From positions 3,747 to 67,746 of the forward strand of contig CAYZIS010000013.1 of the NCBI GenBank assembly GCA_964478545.1: a stretch of 64,000 nt of DNA, given 5' to 3'. Under the pieces are notes generated by a model. The model saw only the letters and a list, made by a program, of their open reading frames with translations, was not told where the DNA came from and did no database searches. Below are positions 31,778-41,141 of the stretch, in pieces. Position 1 is the first letter of the stretch, and the number at the start of each line of letters is the position of its first letter. The translations under genes were made by a program, and so were the position numbers. Origin of the DNA: an uncultured Thermodesulfobacteriota bacterium (GTDB lineage Bacteria > Desulfobacterota > Anaeroferrophillalia > Anaeroferrophillales > Anaeroferrophillaceae).

Positions 31778-33185
31778 TGCAGCTGTCCGCCGGGCTTGAG
31801 TCGTTGGTGAACGGAGCGAACTGAACTCGGTTTCTTCCTGTTTCCTTGGCTTGGTAAAGACCTTGATCCGCGCAGGTAAGCAGTTGCTCCGGAGTGTAGT
31901 CGGGAACGGGTACTACGGTTGATATCCCGAGACTGATAGTAACAACTGGCGTCACGGGAGAGTTCTTATGGGGTATGTTGAGTAAATGAACTTGCTTTCG
32001 CATTTGTTCTGCCAGGTGTGTCGCTCCCTTGGTATCAGTATTGGGGAGGACAACCACAAACTCTTCCCCGCCATAGCGGGCCACCAGGTCAGCCGGTCGT
32101 TTGCTCTGTTGGGAGATACTCCTGGCTACGGATTGCAAACAGTCATCACCCTGTTGGTGACCATAGGTATCATTATAAATCTTGAAACAGTCAATGTCGA
32201 TCATGATCAGTGAAAGAGGGAGCCCTTCACGCTGCATCCGGCACCATTCCAGTGCCAGGACTTCATCAAACTGACGGCGGTTGGCAATCTGGGTCAAACC
32301 GTCAATAGAAGCCAGCCGCTGCAACTCCATGTTCGCCTGCTGCAGGGCTTTTTCGGCCTTTTTACGGGCGGAAATATCCTTGAAATCAGCAACAATCCCG
32401 ATAAGTTCATGGTCCAGACCTCGCAATGGGGTGGCAGACATGATAAAGGAGATTGATTCTTCCTGGCCGAAATGGTGTTCAAAGTCATATTCGACCACCT
32501 TTGCCCCCTTTTGGATACGCCGGAGTGGACACTTATCTCCTTTACACATGGAGTGAGAAAAAATCTCATGACATAATGTGCCGGTTAATTCTTTTTCTGA
32601 TCGGTCGGTAAACAGCTGCAGTCTTTTGTTAGCCCGCATAATGTGGTGATCCGACCCGATAACCCACATGGCATTGGCAGAGGTGTTGAAAATCTGGCCT
32701 AACTCGATATTGGCAATTTCCGCCTCGATGGCCATGGTGTTTGCCTGGGCAAGGACATATTCCATTTGCTCGTTGGTCTGCAGCAGCTCTTCATGGAGCT
32801 CGGCAAATTTATTCCGGCTTTTCTTCTGCTCAATGAGCCTGCCCAGTCGTTCGACAGTTTCTGCCAATAATATGGAAGAATCATTGCCGGTTTCCGGCTC
32901 GTGGGTTAAAAAGATTTCAATTGTTCCCCCTTTGGTGCCGCTGACGGAAAAATCGCTGGATTTTATCTGTTCGGTTTCCCGACCGTGAAAGAAGGTTTCA
33001 TCCAGGGAGTCGATCCTGATGCGGCAGCCGACCGCCGTGTCAGCCGGCCAGGAGCTGGGAATGATCCTGGCGGCTTCCTGGAGGACTTGTTGAATGGGGG
33101 TTTCTTTATTTTCAGCCAGCAGGGTGAGGGCGTAGAGGCATTTTAATTCAGTCAGGCTGGGATTTAAGGAAACAAATTTTTTCAT
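31767..33185 (-). CDS. PAS-GGDEF diguanylate cyclase
   Basis: IFNTSANAMWVI (PAS), DGLTQIANRR, RPAD I-site, RYGGEEF. Confidence 0.93.
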   Translation of the reverse strand: MKKFVSLNPSLTELKCLYALTLLAENKETPIQQVLQEAARIIPSSWPADTAVGCRIRIDSLDETFFHGRETEQIKSSDFSVSGTKGGTIEIFLTHEPETGNDSSILLAETVERLGRLIEQKKSRNKFAELHEELLQTNEQMEYVLAQANTMAIEAEIANIELGQIFNTSANAMWVIGSDHHIMRANKRLQLFTDRSEKELTGTLCHEIFSHSMCKGDKCPLRRIQKGAKVVEYDFEHHFGQEESISFIMSATPLRGLDHELIGIVADFKDISARKKAEKALQQANMELQRLASIDGLTQIANRRQFDEVLALEWCRMQREGLPLSLIMIDIDCFKIYNDTYGHQQGDDCLQSVARSISQQSKRPADLVARYGGEEFVVVLPNTDTKGATHLAEQMRKQVHLLNIPHKNSPVTPVVTISLGISTVVPVPDYTPEQLLTCADQGLYQAKETGRNRVQFAPFTNDSSPADSCNGN

Positions 33186-33335
33186 CCGGTAAAGGTCTCC
33201 ATGGTTGCTGCCTTACGGTTTTGAATTAGGGGGACAGGATACTTAATTATTGGGAATCCATTAATAATTCAGGTCATGTCTCCACAATTCGCCCAGATTT
33301 TAAATTTGTCCCCGAAAGGAGCTTGGTAATTAACA

Positions 33336-36300
33336 TTACCATTCCTCATCGTATGTTTTTTCCGTTTCTTTACTTTTTTCTGTTGGTTGGATAGTTGCCA
33401 TACGGCCATGGGGGAAAATTTTGGCCAGCAGCCGCTGGTAGGTGTCGAGTTGTATGCGGTTGATTTCTCCGGTTTTAAAATCCAGCCCCGTTGCCCGGTT
33501 ATCGTTTATTTGCAGGACATCCAGCCGGCCGAGGATATACTGACCGGTTTCGGTCCAGCCGGCAATGGCGCTTTCGGCATGGACAGCTGTTTTTTTAAGT
33601 TGCCGGTAGCTGGGTGTCTGCCGGAGTTGGGCCAGCATTTTTTCAGCTCTGGAAAAATATTTTTCATAGCTTTCCGGCGGGCTCCAGCCCCGGCAGATAT
33701 CCGCCAGTGACGGCTCCAGCCCTTTCAGCTCTTCTTCCAATACCCGGTGAACGATGAGACCGAGCATTCGATCTGATGAGCTATCAGCGGCTGATGATGT
33801 TGCCGGAAAACTTTCGCTGCTGCTGGGTGCCAAGCGGCCCTGCCGCCGGAATGACTGCAGCAATGCCGGATCAAGATGGAGCATCTCCCGCCGATTTTCT
33901 GTCACTGATGCAGCAGGGGATGTAAGGGTGACATCAACCTGCTCATGGGGCCGTTGAATGCCGGCCAGGCATGGTGTGCCGATCAGGTCTTTATTTCCTG
34001 CTGCCATCTCCCCCAGGGCTTGTTCCATGATGGTGATGGTTTCCGGCATCTCATCTGCTTTTTTCGTATTGCCAGTGATGAAAAGATGTTGGGTAGCCCG
34101 GGTGAGGGCAACATACAGGATGCGAATTTCTTCGCGGAAACTTTCCTGCTGGTTGATGGTTTTCATTTCTTCGAGAAAATCCACCGGCGGCAGGTCCTCC
34201 TTGCCCCGGGGCAGGAAAAGGAGGGGATAGCGATCCCGTGAACTGCTCCGATTGATGATAATGCCGGCATCTTGTTGCATTCCAGCGCCGGTATTGAAGA
34301 GAAAAATTATTTCGCTTTGCAGCCCTTTGGCCCGATGAATGGTCATCAAGCGCACCGCATTTTGCCGTTGTCCCAATGATCCGCTCAGCTCGTCTGCTTC
34401 GCTGAGTTTCTGTAAATGGGTCCGGGCTTCGATAGCCGAGCGATAACCGTTGTTACTGAGTAAAGAAAGAAAGCGGTCCAGGTTAGCGGCCGGGGTCTGG
34501 TCGTCTGCCCTGATCTGGTACATTTTATGAGCTGCAGTGATTTCCAGAAACAGGGAAAATCGCTGCCCCAGTGGCAGCCCCTGGTTTTGAATGACAGTGG
34601 CGGTCAGGGCCTTGGCCAGCGATGAATCATCACTACCGGCCAGGTATCGATCAAGAAAGTTGCCCTTTTGGTTTATCAGCCGTTGTTCAAGCAGTGCATA
34701 GAAAGCAGCAGCCGGCAGTTGGCTCAAGGGAGAGCGCAGCAGACGCAGCAGGGCCAGTTCATCTCCCTGGTCGGCTAGCAGGGAAACCAGGGCCAGACAG
34801 TCACGAATTTCCGGTTGTTGAAAAAAACCACCTTCATCATCCCTGACCACCGGTATTTGCCGTTGACATAATTCATCCAGCAACAGGCTGATGCCTTTGC
34901 GCTTGCGGTAGAGGACGGTAATATCTTCAGGCCGTACCCGTCGCTGAATAATACTGCCATTTTCCATCGTTCGGATCAGTGGCCGTGGATCATCCAGCAA
35001 TCGGGAGATGGTCTCGGCCACGAACCTGGCTTCATCGACCAGACCGTGGGTGGCGGCTTCTTCCCCTTCTTCCTTGCGGTCGCAAAACGGTGGATAAAGA
35101 TTGATGGAGCCGCCGTCCAGAGGCCAGGCTTTTGGGTGGCGGCTATGGGTTTGAAAAGGAATGACTTCTTCCTGATGGACCTCATTGAGGTGGCCAAAGA
35201 CCCGGTTGACAAAATCGAGGATCAGGGTTGAGGAACGGAATGATTCATTCAAGGGGTGGCTGATCACCCGGGGGTGCCGGGTGACCAGGCTTCCCGCATC
35301 GGCAAGGACCCGGTAATCGGCATTGCGAAAGCCGTAAATCGATTGTTTCTCATCCCCGACCATGAACAGTGAAAAATCAGCAAAAATGCTTTCCCCGGCC
35401 AGCAGGGCATCCCCAAGCAAGAGGCGGAAGACCTCCCACTGGAGGCGGGAGGTATCCTGGAATTCATCCAGCAGCAGGTGGCGGATCCCCGAAAGCAGGT
35501 GAAAGCGGATGCCGCTCCAGCGTTGATCCCGCCACAGACGCAGGGCAGCCAGTCCCAGATCAGTAAATTCCAGCAGTTTCAGCCGTTGTTTCAAACCTTC
35601 GTAAATGCCAGCGTAGTGACGGTAGATGGTGGTCACCATGGTGATGGTGCGATTGTAGCCGGGAATCAGTAATGCCTGTCGATAAGGTCTTAGTGCGGCG
35701 GCCAGCTGTTCGTTGAGCTCATCAATAAGGGTTTTTATGTTTGCCCGGGCCATTTTCTGCTTGCCGATGGCGAAATTGTCAGGGCAGTGATAGCTGCCAA
35801 AATCAATCTTTTTCAGCAACTTATCCTGGTGAAGTTGAGCGACAATTTCAACCAGCGGCCGGTTATGCCGTAATGATTCAATGGCTGTCGTCAGCGGCCC
35901 GCCAAATTTTTCCTGATAGGGTGAAAAAGCCGGGTCTTCCTGCAGAGTGGTCAGGGCGATGATGACCTCCCGGTAAAAATCTCTGGTGGCGGCTTCAATG
36001 GAAGGCTCCTGCAGCTTGAGCTTTTCCAGTGCCCGGTCCGGGGTGAAATTATAAGCCTCAAGTTCAGCCCGCTGGCGGTGCAGCTGTTCGATATACCCGC
36101 GGATTAGCCAGGCGCCACGCCCCTTGCTGAACCGCAGGTAGTCCTCAAATTCTTTTTGCAGGGCTGCATTCTGGTAGATATTCCGGTTAAGCTCATGCCA
36201 GGCGTGTTGTTTCAGCTCCCTGACCGTCAGCTGATCGGCAATGGTTGCTTCCGGGGAGATTTTAAGCTCTGGAGCGTACTGGCGAGCCAGGGAGGAAAAA

Positions 36301-36662
36301 AAAGCGTCAATGGTTTCCACCCGCACCGTTTCGCTGGATTCCAGGATCAGGCGGGCAGTTTCAGTTGCTGAACGGGGTTTTCTAGCTGCCACTGTTGTCT
36401 TTTCAGCCCATTCCTGCAGGTCATGGTCAAAGTCCTGCCTGGCGGTTGGATCGGTAAATAATTGAAAGGCATTGTCAATAATCCGGTTCTTCATTTCTTC
36501 GGCGGCCTTGTTGGTAAAGGTACAGCACAATATCTCTTCGGGCCGGGAACCGGCTGCCACCAGGTGCAGATAGCGGCCGGACAGCTGGTGGGTTTTGCCG
36601 CTGCCGGCTGCCGCTGAGATGGTGAAGGACAGGTAGGGATTAAAGGGATTATTTTCAGCCAT
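33336..36662 (-). CDS. addA: AddA-type UvrD helicase / RecB-family nuclease
   Basis: AAAGSGKT, TFTNKAAEEMKNR, DEFQDTS, VGDEKQSIYGFR, MTIHRAKGL, YVALTRA, C-terminal GRLD...DFKTG. Confidence 0.85.
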   Translation of the reverse strand: MAENNPFNPYLSFTISAAAGSGKTHQLSGRYLHLVAAGSRPEEILCCTFTNKAAEEMKNRIIDNAFQLFTDPTARQDFDHDLQEWAEKTTVAARKPRSATETARLILESSETVRVETIDAFFSSLARQYAPELKISPEATIADQLTVRELKQHAWHELNRNIYQNAALQKEFEDYLRFSKGRGAWLIRGYIEQLHRQRAELEAYNFTPDRALEKLKLQEPSIEAATRDFYREVIIALTTLQEDPAFSPYQEKFGGPLTTAIESLRHNRPLVEIVAQLHQDKLLKKIDFGSYHCPDNFAIGKQKMARANIKTLIDELNEQLAAALRPYRQALLIPGYNRTITMVTTIYRHYAGIYEGLKQRLKLLEFTDLGLAALRLWRDQRWSGIRFHLLSGIRHLLLDEFQDTSRLQWEVFRLLLGDALLAGESIFADFSLFMVGDEKQSIYGFRNADYRVLADAGSLVTRHPRVISHPLNESFRSSTLILDFVNRVFGHLNEVHQEEVIPFQTHSRHPKAWPLDGGSINLYPPFCDRKEEGEEAATHGLVDEARFVAETISRLLDDPRPLIRTMENGSIIQRRVRPEDITVLYRKRKGISLLLDELCQRQIPVVRDDEGGFFQQPEIRDCLALVSLLADQGDELALLRLLRSPLSQLPAAAFYALLEQRLINQKGNFLDRYLAGSDDSSLAKALTATVIQNQGLPLGQRFSLFLEITAAHKMYQIRADDQTPAANLDRFLSLLSNNGYRSAIEARTHLQKLSEADELSGSLGQRQNAVRLMTIHRAKGLQSEIIFLFNTGAGMQQDAGIIINRSSSRDRYPLLFLPRGKEDLPPVDFLEEMKTINQQESFREEIRILYVALTRATQHLFITGNTKKADEMPETITIMEQALGEMAAGNKDLIGTPCLAGIQRPHEQVDVTLTSPAASVTENRREMLHLDPALLQSFRRQGRLAPSSSESFPATSSAADSSSDRMLGLIVHRVLEEELKGLEPSLADICRGWSPPESYEKYFSRAEKMLAQLRQTPSYRQLKKTAVHAESAIAGWTETGQYILGRLDVLQINDNRATGLDFKTGEINRIQLDTYQRLLAKIFPHGRMATIQPTEKSKETEKTYDEEW

Positions 36663-36700
36663 TGATGAGCCTCAATGCTTTCATGAAAATTGTTTTACTA

Positions 36701-36867
36701 ACCTAAGTTAAGCGATTGGCAGTTAGCTATCAGCGTTTAGCTTTAAAAAATCAAGACATTACGTTTATGAGCAATAAGACCTGACGGGTGACAGTTTATA
36801 ATAGTAAAAATCCTGTAATCATTGAACTAATAGCTAATGGCTAAAAGCTAATAGCTCAATTTAGGAC
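36701..36867. mobile_element. About 165-bp heptamer-armed dispersed element, copy C
   Basis: Left arm (nnTYAGC)x4, right arm (GCTAAnn)x4, terminal CCTAAGTTAAGC versus reverse-complement CCTAAATTGAGC. Confidence 0.8.
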
Positions 36868-36895
36868 TAAGTATCGATAATAAGCTTTTCCGCGA

Positions 36896-37064
36896 GATGT
36901 TTCGGCATGGCTCTCGCTCATTCTCGCTGCACATTGTGTGCAGCTCCGAGGTGTGCGCCGCGAATCACATCCGTGTGATTCGTACGGCGCCCAAAACCGC
37001 CGTGCCTGTCGCCGTGCCTGCCGGCAGGCACGGCAGACACGGCTATGAACCAAGCCTGGACATC
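36896..37064. mobile_element. Hairpin-rich element with 18-bp imperfect terminal inverted repeats, carrying a nested palindrome insertion
   Basis: GATGTTTCGGCATGGCTC...GAACCAAGCCTGGACATC; internal hairpins GCTGCACA-TTG-TGTGCAGC and CGAATCACA-TCCG-TGTGATTCG; perfect 24-bp palindrome at 37011-37034. Confidence 0.7.
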
Positions 37065-37084
37065 CTGGGTAGTTGATGGAGTTT

Positions 37085-39892
37085 TTACCAAGCCATCGAC
37101 CTCAATTGGGATTCATCCAGACAAATTTCTTTATAAGGACAGCGGGCGCAATGTTCGGCAATAATTTTCCGGTAGCCGCCGCTATCCAAAATGCCATGCA
37201 ACTGCTGCCTGAGGATGTCGCGGAAAGTCGCAAGTAAAGGTTCAACTTCCGCCTTGGAACAATTTCGCTGCCGCTGGCGAATGGAGTAATAGGCTATGGT
37301 ATCAACTTTTTCACCGTTCAGGGTTTTCAACAAAGCATAGAAAAGCAGTTGGACATCGGCAAAACCGTTGATCGCTTTTTTGGAAGGAATTTTGCTGCGT
37401 TTGTAGTCCACCAGCCGTTCTCCAGTCGTTCCCCGGTCCCGGCGGTCAATCTTTCCCACCCCTTGGATCGGTAGGCCGGTAACCGGCTCCAGATCAGCCG
37501 CAATCCATTCTTCCACTGCCAGGGTTTCACCGCGGTCTTCCAGCAGGAAATCCGCCAGCCTTTCCCAGCAGCCGCTGTGGTCGAGAAATGAAAAAAGCAT
37601 CCTTTCTTCCCAGGTGATTTCCAGCTGACGGCTGATGTCCCGGATTTTATCAATAATTTCGGATTTGTCTTTGGGCTTTGGCAGGCTTTTTCCTAAAATT
37701 TCAGCCACCTGGTGCAAAATGGCGCCTTCTCCCAGGGGGTCAAGGCGTTCTTCGCGCATTGCCGGGGCCTGAATTCTCAGGGCTTCAAAAAGGTAACGAG
37801 CCGGACATTGGAGCAGGTGGGTGGCCTGGTGACCGCTGAGGCGCTGGGGCAGTTTTTGGATCGGCAGCAGCACTTCCCCTGCTTGATTTTCTCCGGCTGG
37901 CTTTTTTTCTGTTTTTTGATCGGTCCAGACAATTTCCACCATCGGTATGAGCGGCTCCATCCCGGCCCAGAGCAGCTCTTTGAAAAAAATATTGGCCTCC
38001 CTGGTCCGGCCCTCAATTTCCAGCGCCCGGGTACACCAGACTTGTTCGCTATTGTTGATGAGTGAATAAACCGTAAAACGCTGGAGGATTTCCTGGCGGT
38101 CCGGGGTGATCAGGCCCAGCAGCTCCTGCTGCCTGGGTGAAAAACAGCGGTTTTGATGTCCCTGGCCAAGGAAAGAACCTGAGGAGTTTCCGGTGAGGAA
38201 CAAGGCTTTGGCAGCGATCCCTTTGGCATCCCGGGGATCAAGGATCTGGATGCCGGAAAGGTAGTCGTAATTTAATCCCGTTTCTTCGCTGGAGATGGCG
38301 GCCAGGAAAAAGGCGTGGAAGGAAGACAGCTGGAAAGGAATGTTGAGCTCCATCTGTCTGAGTTCTTCCACCACCGCTGCCAGGTGGTCGCGGACGGTAT
38401 TTTCGTAGAGATCGCCGATTATGCCGGTACTTTGTTCAATCAGCCCGGCAATGATTTCCAGGTAGTCGGAAAGTAAAGCATGAGTCGGGAAATATTTTCC
38501 GGCGGCAATCAAGGCATTGATTCCCCGCTGCAGACCGGGATCAGAACTCCGCTTTGCCATGATTTTCAAGGTTTCAGTGGCGGTTATGACTTGGTCGGTA
38601 AGTTCCTGGCGCAGAGTGGTCACTATCGCCTTTTCGGCACTTTCATTTTTTTCAGATTCCGGGCTGTCAGACTCCGGGGTGTTGCCATCTCTGCCCAGCC
38701 TGCCGGCAGGCACGGCGACAGGCAGGAGGAAAAAGTGGCTGAAAAAAGGTGATTCGATGGCTTCCAGGAGCAGCTGGGTGGACAAAGGCGCGCCGCCCGC
38801 CAGCCTGATCAAGGTTTCGATAAAAATGGCCAGGGCTGAGTGTTCTATCTGACGCTTGAGATTGAAGGAAAAAATATCCAGCGGCATGCGACTGGCCGGC
38901 AGGGCGTGAATCAGACTGTACAATATTTCCCGATAATGGCGCTGGTCGGTGACCACGATGGCTATCTCATCTGCCGGGATGCCATCACAAACCAGGGTCA
39001 GAGCTTGGTGGATAACATAACGGCATTCGGCGGCCACCGAGGGAAAAACCCGGCCGGGGACCGATTCGGCCACCGGCAGCGGTGAGAACTTTTGCAGATC
39101 GGGTGCAGCTGCCCGCCGGAGAATTTCTTTTGCCGTTGGAGAACACCAGGTTATTTGCTCCGGGGGTAGGTGTTTGATCAGCTCAGGCCAGCGCCGTGGT
39201 TCATCGAAATAGTAGCCACTGAAAACAAATGCGGCTCCCAACCGAGACAGGGCTTCCAGCAGCTGCAGCTGGATGGGGGGGGCGTCATAGAGATCGGCAA
39301 CCAGCAGCTGAAAACGCCTGGCAATTTCAGGCAGGTGCCCGATGGTAGTGGTGATTTGCCGGTGGTTGACGAGCAGCGGTTCTTCCAGCTGCATCCCGGC
39401 CAGCAGCTCAAGATAAGCTTTGAAAATATCATTGAATTCTTCCAAGTAGCTTTCCATGAACTGTTGGTAGGTTGCTGAACGGTTGATGGTTGGGGCCAGA
39501 GAGCTCAGGGTTTCCTTCAGGAATTTTCCGGAATTGAGCTCATCAGCAGCGGCAATCCGGCCGGTGAAGACAAAATCCTCCCAGAGAGAAAACAACGTTG
39601 CCTCACTGCCACCGGCAAAATGGATGAACTTTTTGCTGCTTATCGCCTGGTGCATAACCGCCCGGCGGGCGGCGTTACTGATCGGCCTGGTATATTCCTG
39701 TCCATAATCCTGGATGAAAGTGGAAATGGTATAACAGCAGGGCAATAGGGTGGTGCCGCAGGTTTGCGTCAGCCGGTACTGGAATTGCTCGATGAGATTC
39801 TTGGTGGGTAGCAGCAGCAGGTATCCCGGCCGCTCGGCTACGGGAAGGCGCTGAAAAAAATCTACCAGGTAAGAAATGATTCCCATGGCCAT
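37085..39892 (-). CDS. addB: AddB-type PD-(D/E)XK nuclease with 4Fe-4S staple cysteines
   Basis: LLQCPARY, EGAILHQV, GKIDRRD, VDYKRS, HCARCPYKEIC; upstream of and co-oriented with addA. Confidence 0.8.
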   Translation of the reverse strand: MAMGIISYLVDFFQRLPVAERPGYLLLLPTKNLIEQFQYRLTQTCGTTLLPCCYTISTFIQDYGQEYTRPISNAARRAVMHQAISSKKFIHFAGGSEATLFSLWEDFVFTGRIAAADELNSGKFLKETLSSLAPTINRSATYQQFMESYLEEFNDIFKAYLELLAGMQLEEPLLVNHRQITTTIGHLPEIARRFQLLVADLYDAPPIQLQLLEALSRLGAAFVFSGYYFDEPRRWPELIKHLPPEQITWCSPTAKEILRRAAAPDLQKFSPLPVAESVPGRVFPSVAAECRYVIHQALTLVCDGIPADEIAIVVTDQRHYREILYSLIHALPASRMPLDIFSFNLKRQIEHSALAIFIETLIRLAGGAPLSTQLLLEAIESPFFSHFFLLPVAVPAGRLGRDGNTPESDSPESEKNESAEKAIVTTLRQELTDQVITATETLKIMAKRSSDPGLQRGINALIAAGKYFPTHALLSDYLEIIAGLIEQSTGIIGDLYENTVRDHLAAVVEELRQMELNIPFQLSSFHAFFLAAISSEETGLNYDYLSGIQILDPRDAKGIAAKALFLTGNSSGSFLGQGHQNRCFSPRQQELLGLITPDRQEILQRFTVYSLINNSEQVWCTRALEIEGRTREANIFFKELLWAGMEPLIPMVEIVWTDQKTEKKPAGENQAGEVLLPIQKLPQRLSGHQATHLLQCPARYLFEALRIQAPAMREERLDPLGEGAILHQVAEILGKSLPKPKDKSEIIDKIRDISRQLEITWEERMLFSFLDHSGCWERLADFLLEDRGETLAVEEWIAADLEPVTGLPIQGVGKIDRRDRGTTGERLVDYKRSKIPSKKAINGFADVQLLFYALLKTLNGEKVDTIAYYSIRQRQRNCSKAEVEPLLATFRDILRQQLHGILDSGGYRKIIAEHCARCPYKEICLDESQLRSMAW
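38698..38726 (-). repeat. Palindromic repeat inserted in frame in addB
   Basis: Minus strand contains TGCCTGTCGCCGTGCCTGCCGGCAGGC, identical over 27 nt to 37002-37028 region; encodes LPVAVPAGR. Confidence 0.8.
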
Positions 39893-39952
39893 TCATCTGA
39901 CAGAAAAACAACCGAAAGTCAATGGACTCTACTTTCCGGGACCAGGAGAGCC

Positions 39953-39980
39953 TAAAGTTATGGTTCAATCATGACGATAT
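39953..39980 (+). promoter_or_regulatory. sigma-28-like promoter of the minor-pilin operon
   Basis: TAAAG-N15-GACGATAT. Confidence 0.55.
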
Positions 39981-40020
39981 CTGGGAAAGGCAGGTTTTTA
40001 TGGCCGGGGGCTGCCAGTCC

Positions 40021-40086
40021 TCAGCTTTCAGCATGACCAATGCTTTGCCCCGCACGGTGCCAAAATGCTGATGGCTGATCGCTGAA
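40021..40086. repeat. Inverted heptamer arms
   Basis: TCAGCTTTCAGCA...TGCTGATGGCTGATCGCTGA. Confidence 0.6.
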
Positions 40087-40136
40087 GGGGTTTATCCTTA
40101 GAGTGAGAATCAGCGGACAAAAATGGCAGCCAGGCG

Positions 40137-41141
40137 TTGACGGGGGGGACATTGTTGCGGCAATCGGAATCAGGCTGGTCGGCGGTGGCCGGGATTACCC
40201 TCATTGAGCTGCTCGTCACCCTGACCATCGGGGCGATCATCTTCGCCGCCCTTACCGGGGTGGTTTTCCAGGGGCTGCAGTATCATGCCGCCGTCACTGA
40301 AAGAAACGAGCTTTCCCGGCAGGCTCACTTTGCCATGGAACGGATGGTTTCGGCCCTGCGGAATACCAGGCTGCTGCTGCTGCCTTTTAGTGACAATGAT
40401 TCCACCAACTGGCCTGAAAACATTCGTGAAGAAACGGTGCCTGCCTCGCCGCCCATTGGGGATAGCACCAAGGCCACCGCCGTACTGGCCGTTACCCTAC
40501 CGCTGACGTATGATCTGGACCATGATGGTTTTTCCGATGCCGACGACGACCGAGACGGCAAAATAGACGAAGATCTGCCGGCCGGTAAAACTCACGATTC
40601 TGCCTCTGGCATCTACCTTATTGATGACGATGGTGATGGTTGGGTCGATGAAAGTTTTAATATCGCTGATGATGACGAGTACATTTCCTGGCCCGACGAA
40701 GATCCCATCGACGGTATTGACAACGACGGCGACAATAATATCGATGAGGACCCCGGCGCCGACATGAACAGTGACGGTTGTCCCGGGATATGTTACGTGG
40801 ATGATGATGGTGACGGCCAGGTCGACGAGGGAAATGTGGCGGATGACGATGAGGATGGGCTGGTGGATGAAGACTGGTACAATGCCCTGGTTTTTTATCT
40901 GGACAATTCAACCATGAAAGAACGCACCCCGGTGCCGTGGGACGAGGATGGCAACGGCAACGTGGGCGGCCGGGATTTTGTCATCTCGGATATTGCCGAT
41001 AATGTCACTCTTTTTCGCATTGAGCGTCTTCCCCGGGCCGGCGGCCGGGCAACCCTGGTGGATATTACCTTGGAACTCACCGGCCCTGGCGACGACACCG
41101 TGACTCTCCACTGCCGGACCAGGGTGGGAGCGGCACAGTGA
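40137..41141 (+). CDS. PilW/GspJ-like minor pilin with Asp-rich Ca-binding repeats
   Basis: AG|ITLIELLVTLTIGAIIF prepilin motif; repeated DxDxDGxxDE units. Confidence 0.8.
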   Translation: MTGGTLLRQSESGWSAVAGITLIELLVTLTIGAIIFAALTGVVFQGLQYHAAVTERNELSRQAHFAMERMVSALRNTRLLLLPFSDNDSTNWPENIREETVPASPPIGDSTKATAVLAVTLPLTYDLDHDGFSDADDDRDGKIDEDLPAGKTHDSASGIYLIDDDGDGWVDESFNIADDDEYISWPDEDPIDGIDNDGDNNIDEDPGADMNSDGCPGICYVDDDGDGQVDEGNVADDDEDGLVDEDWYNALVFYLDNSTMKERTPVPWDEDGNGNVGGRDFVISDIADNVTLFRIERLPRAGGRATLVDITLELTGPGDDTVTLHCRTRVGAAQ

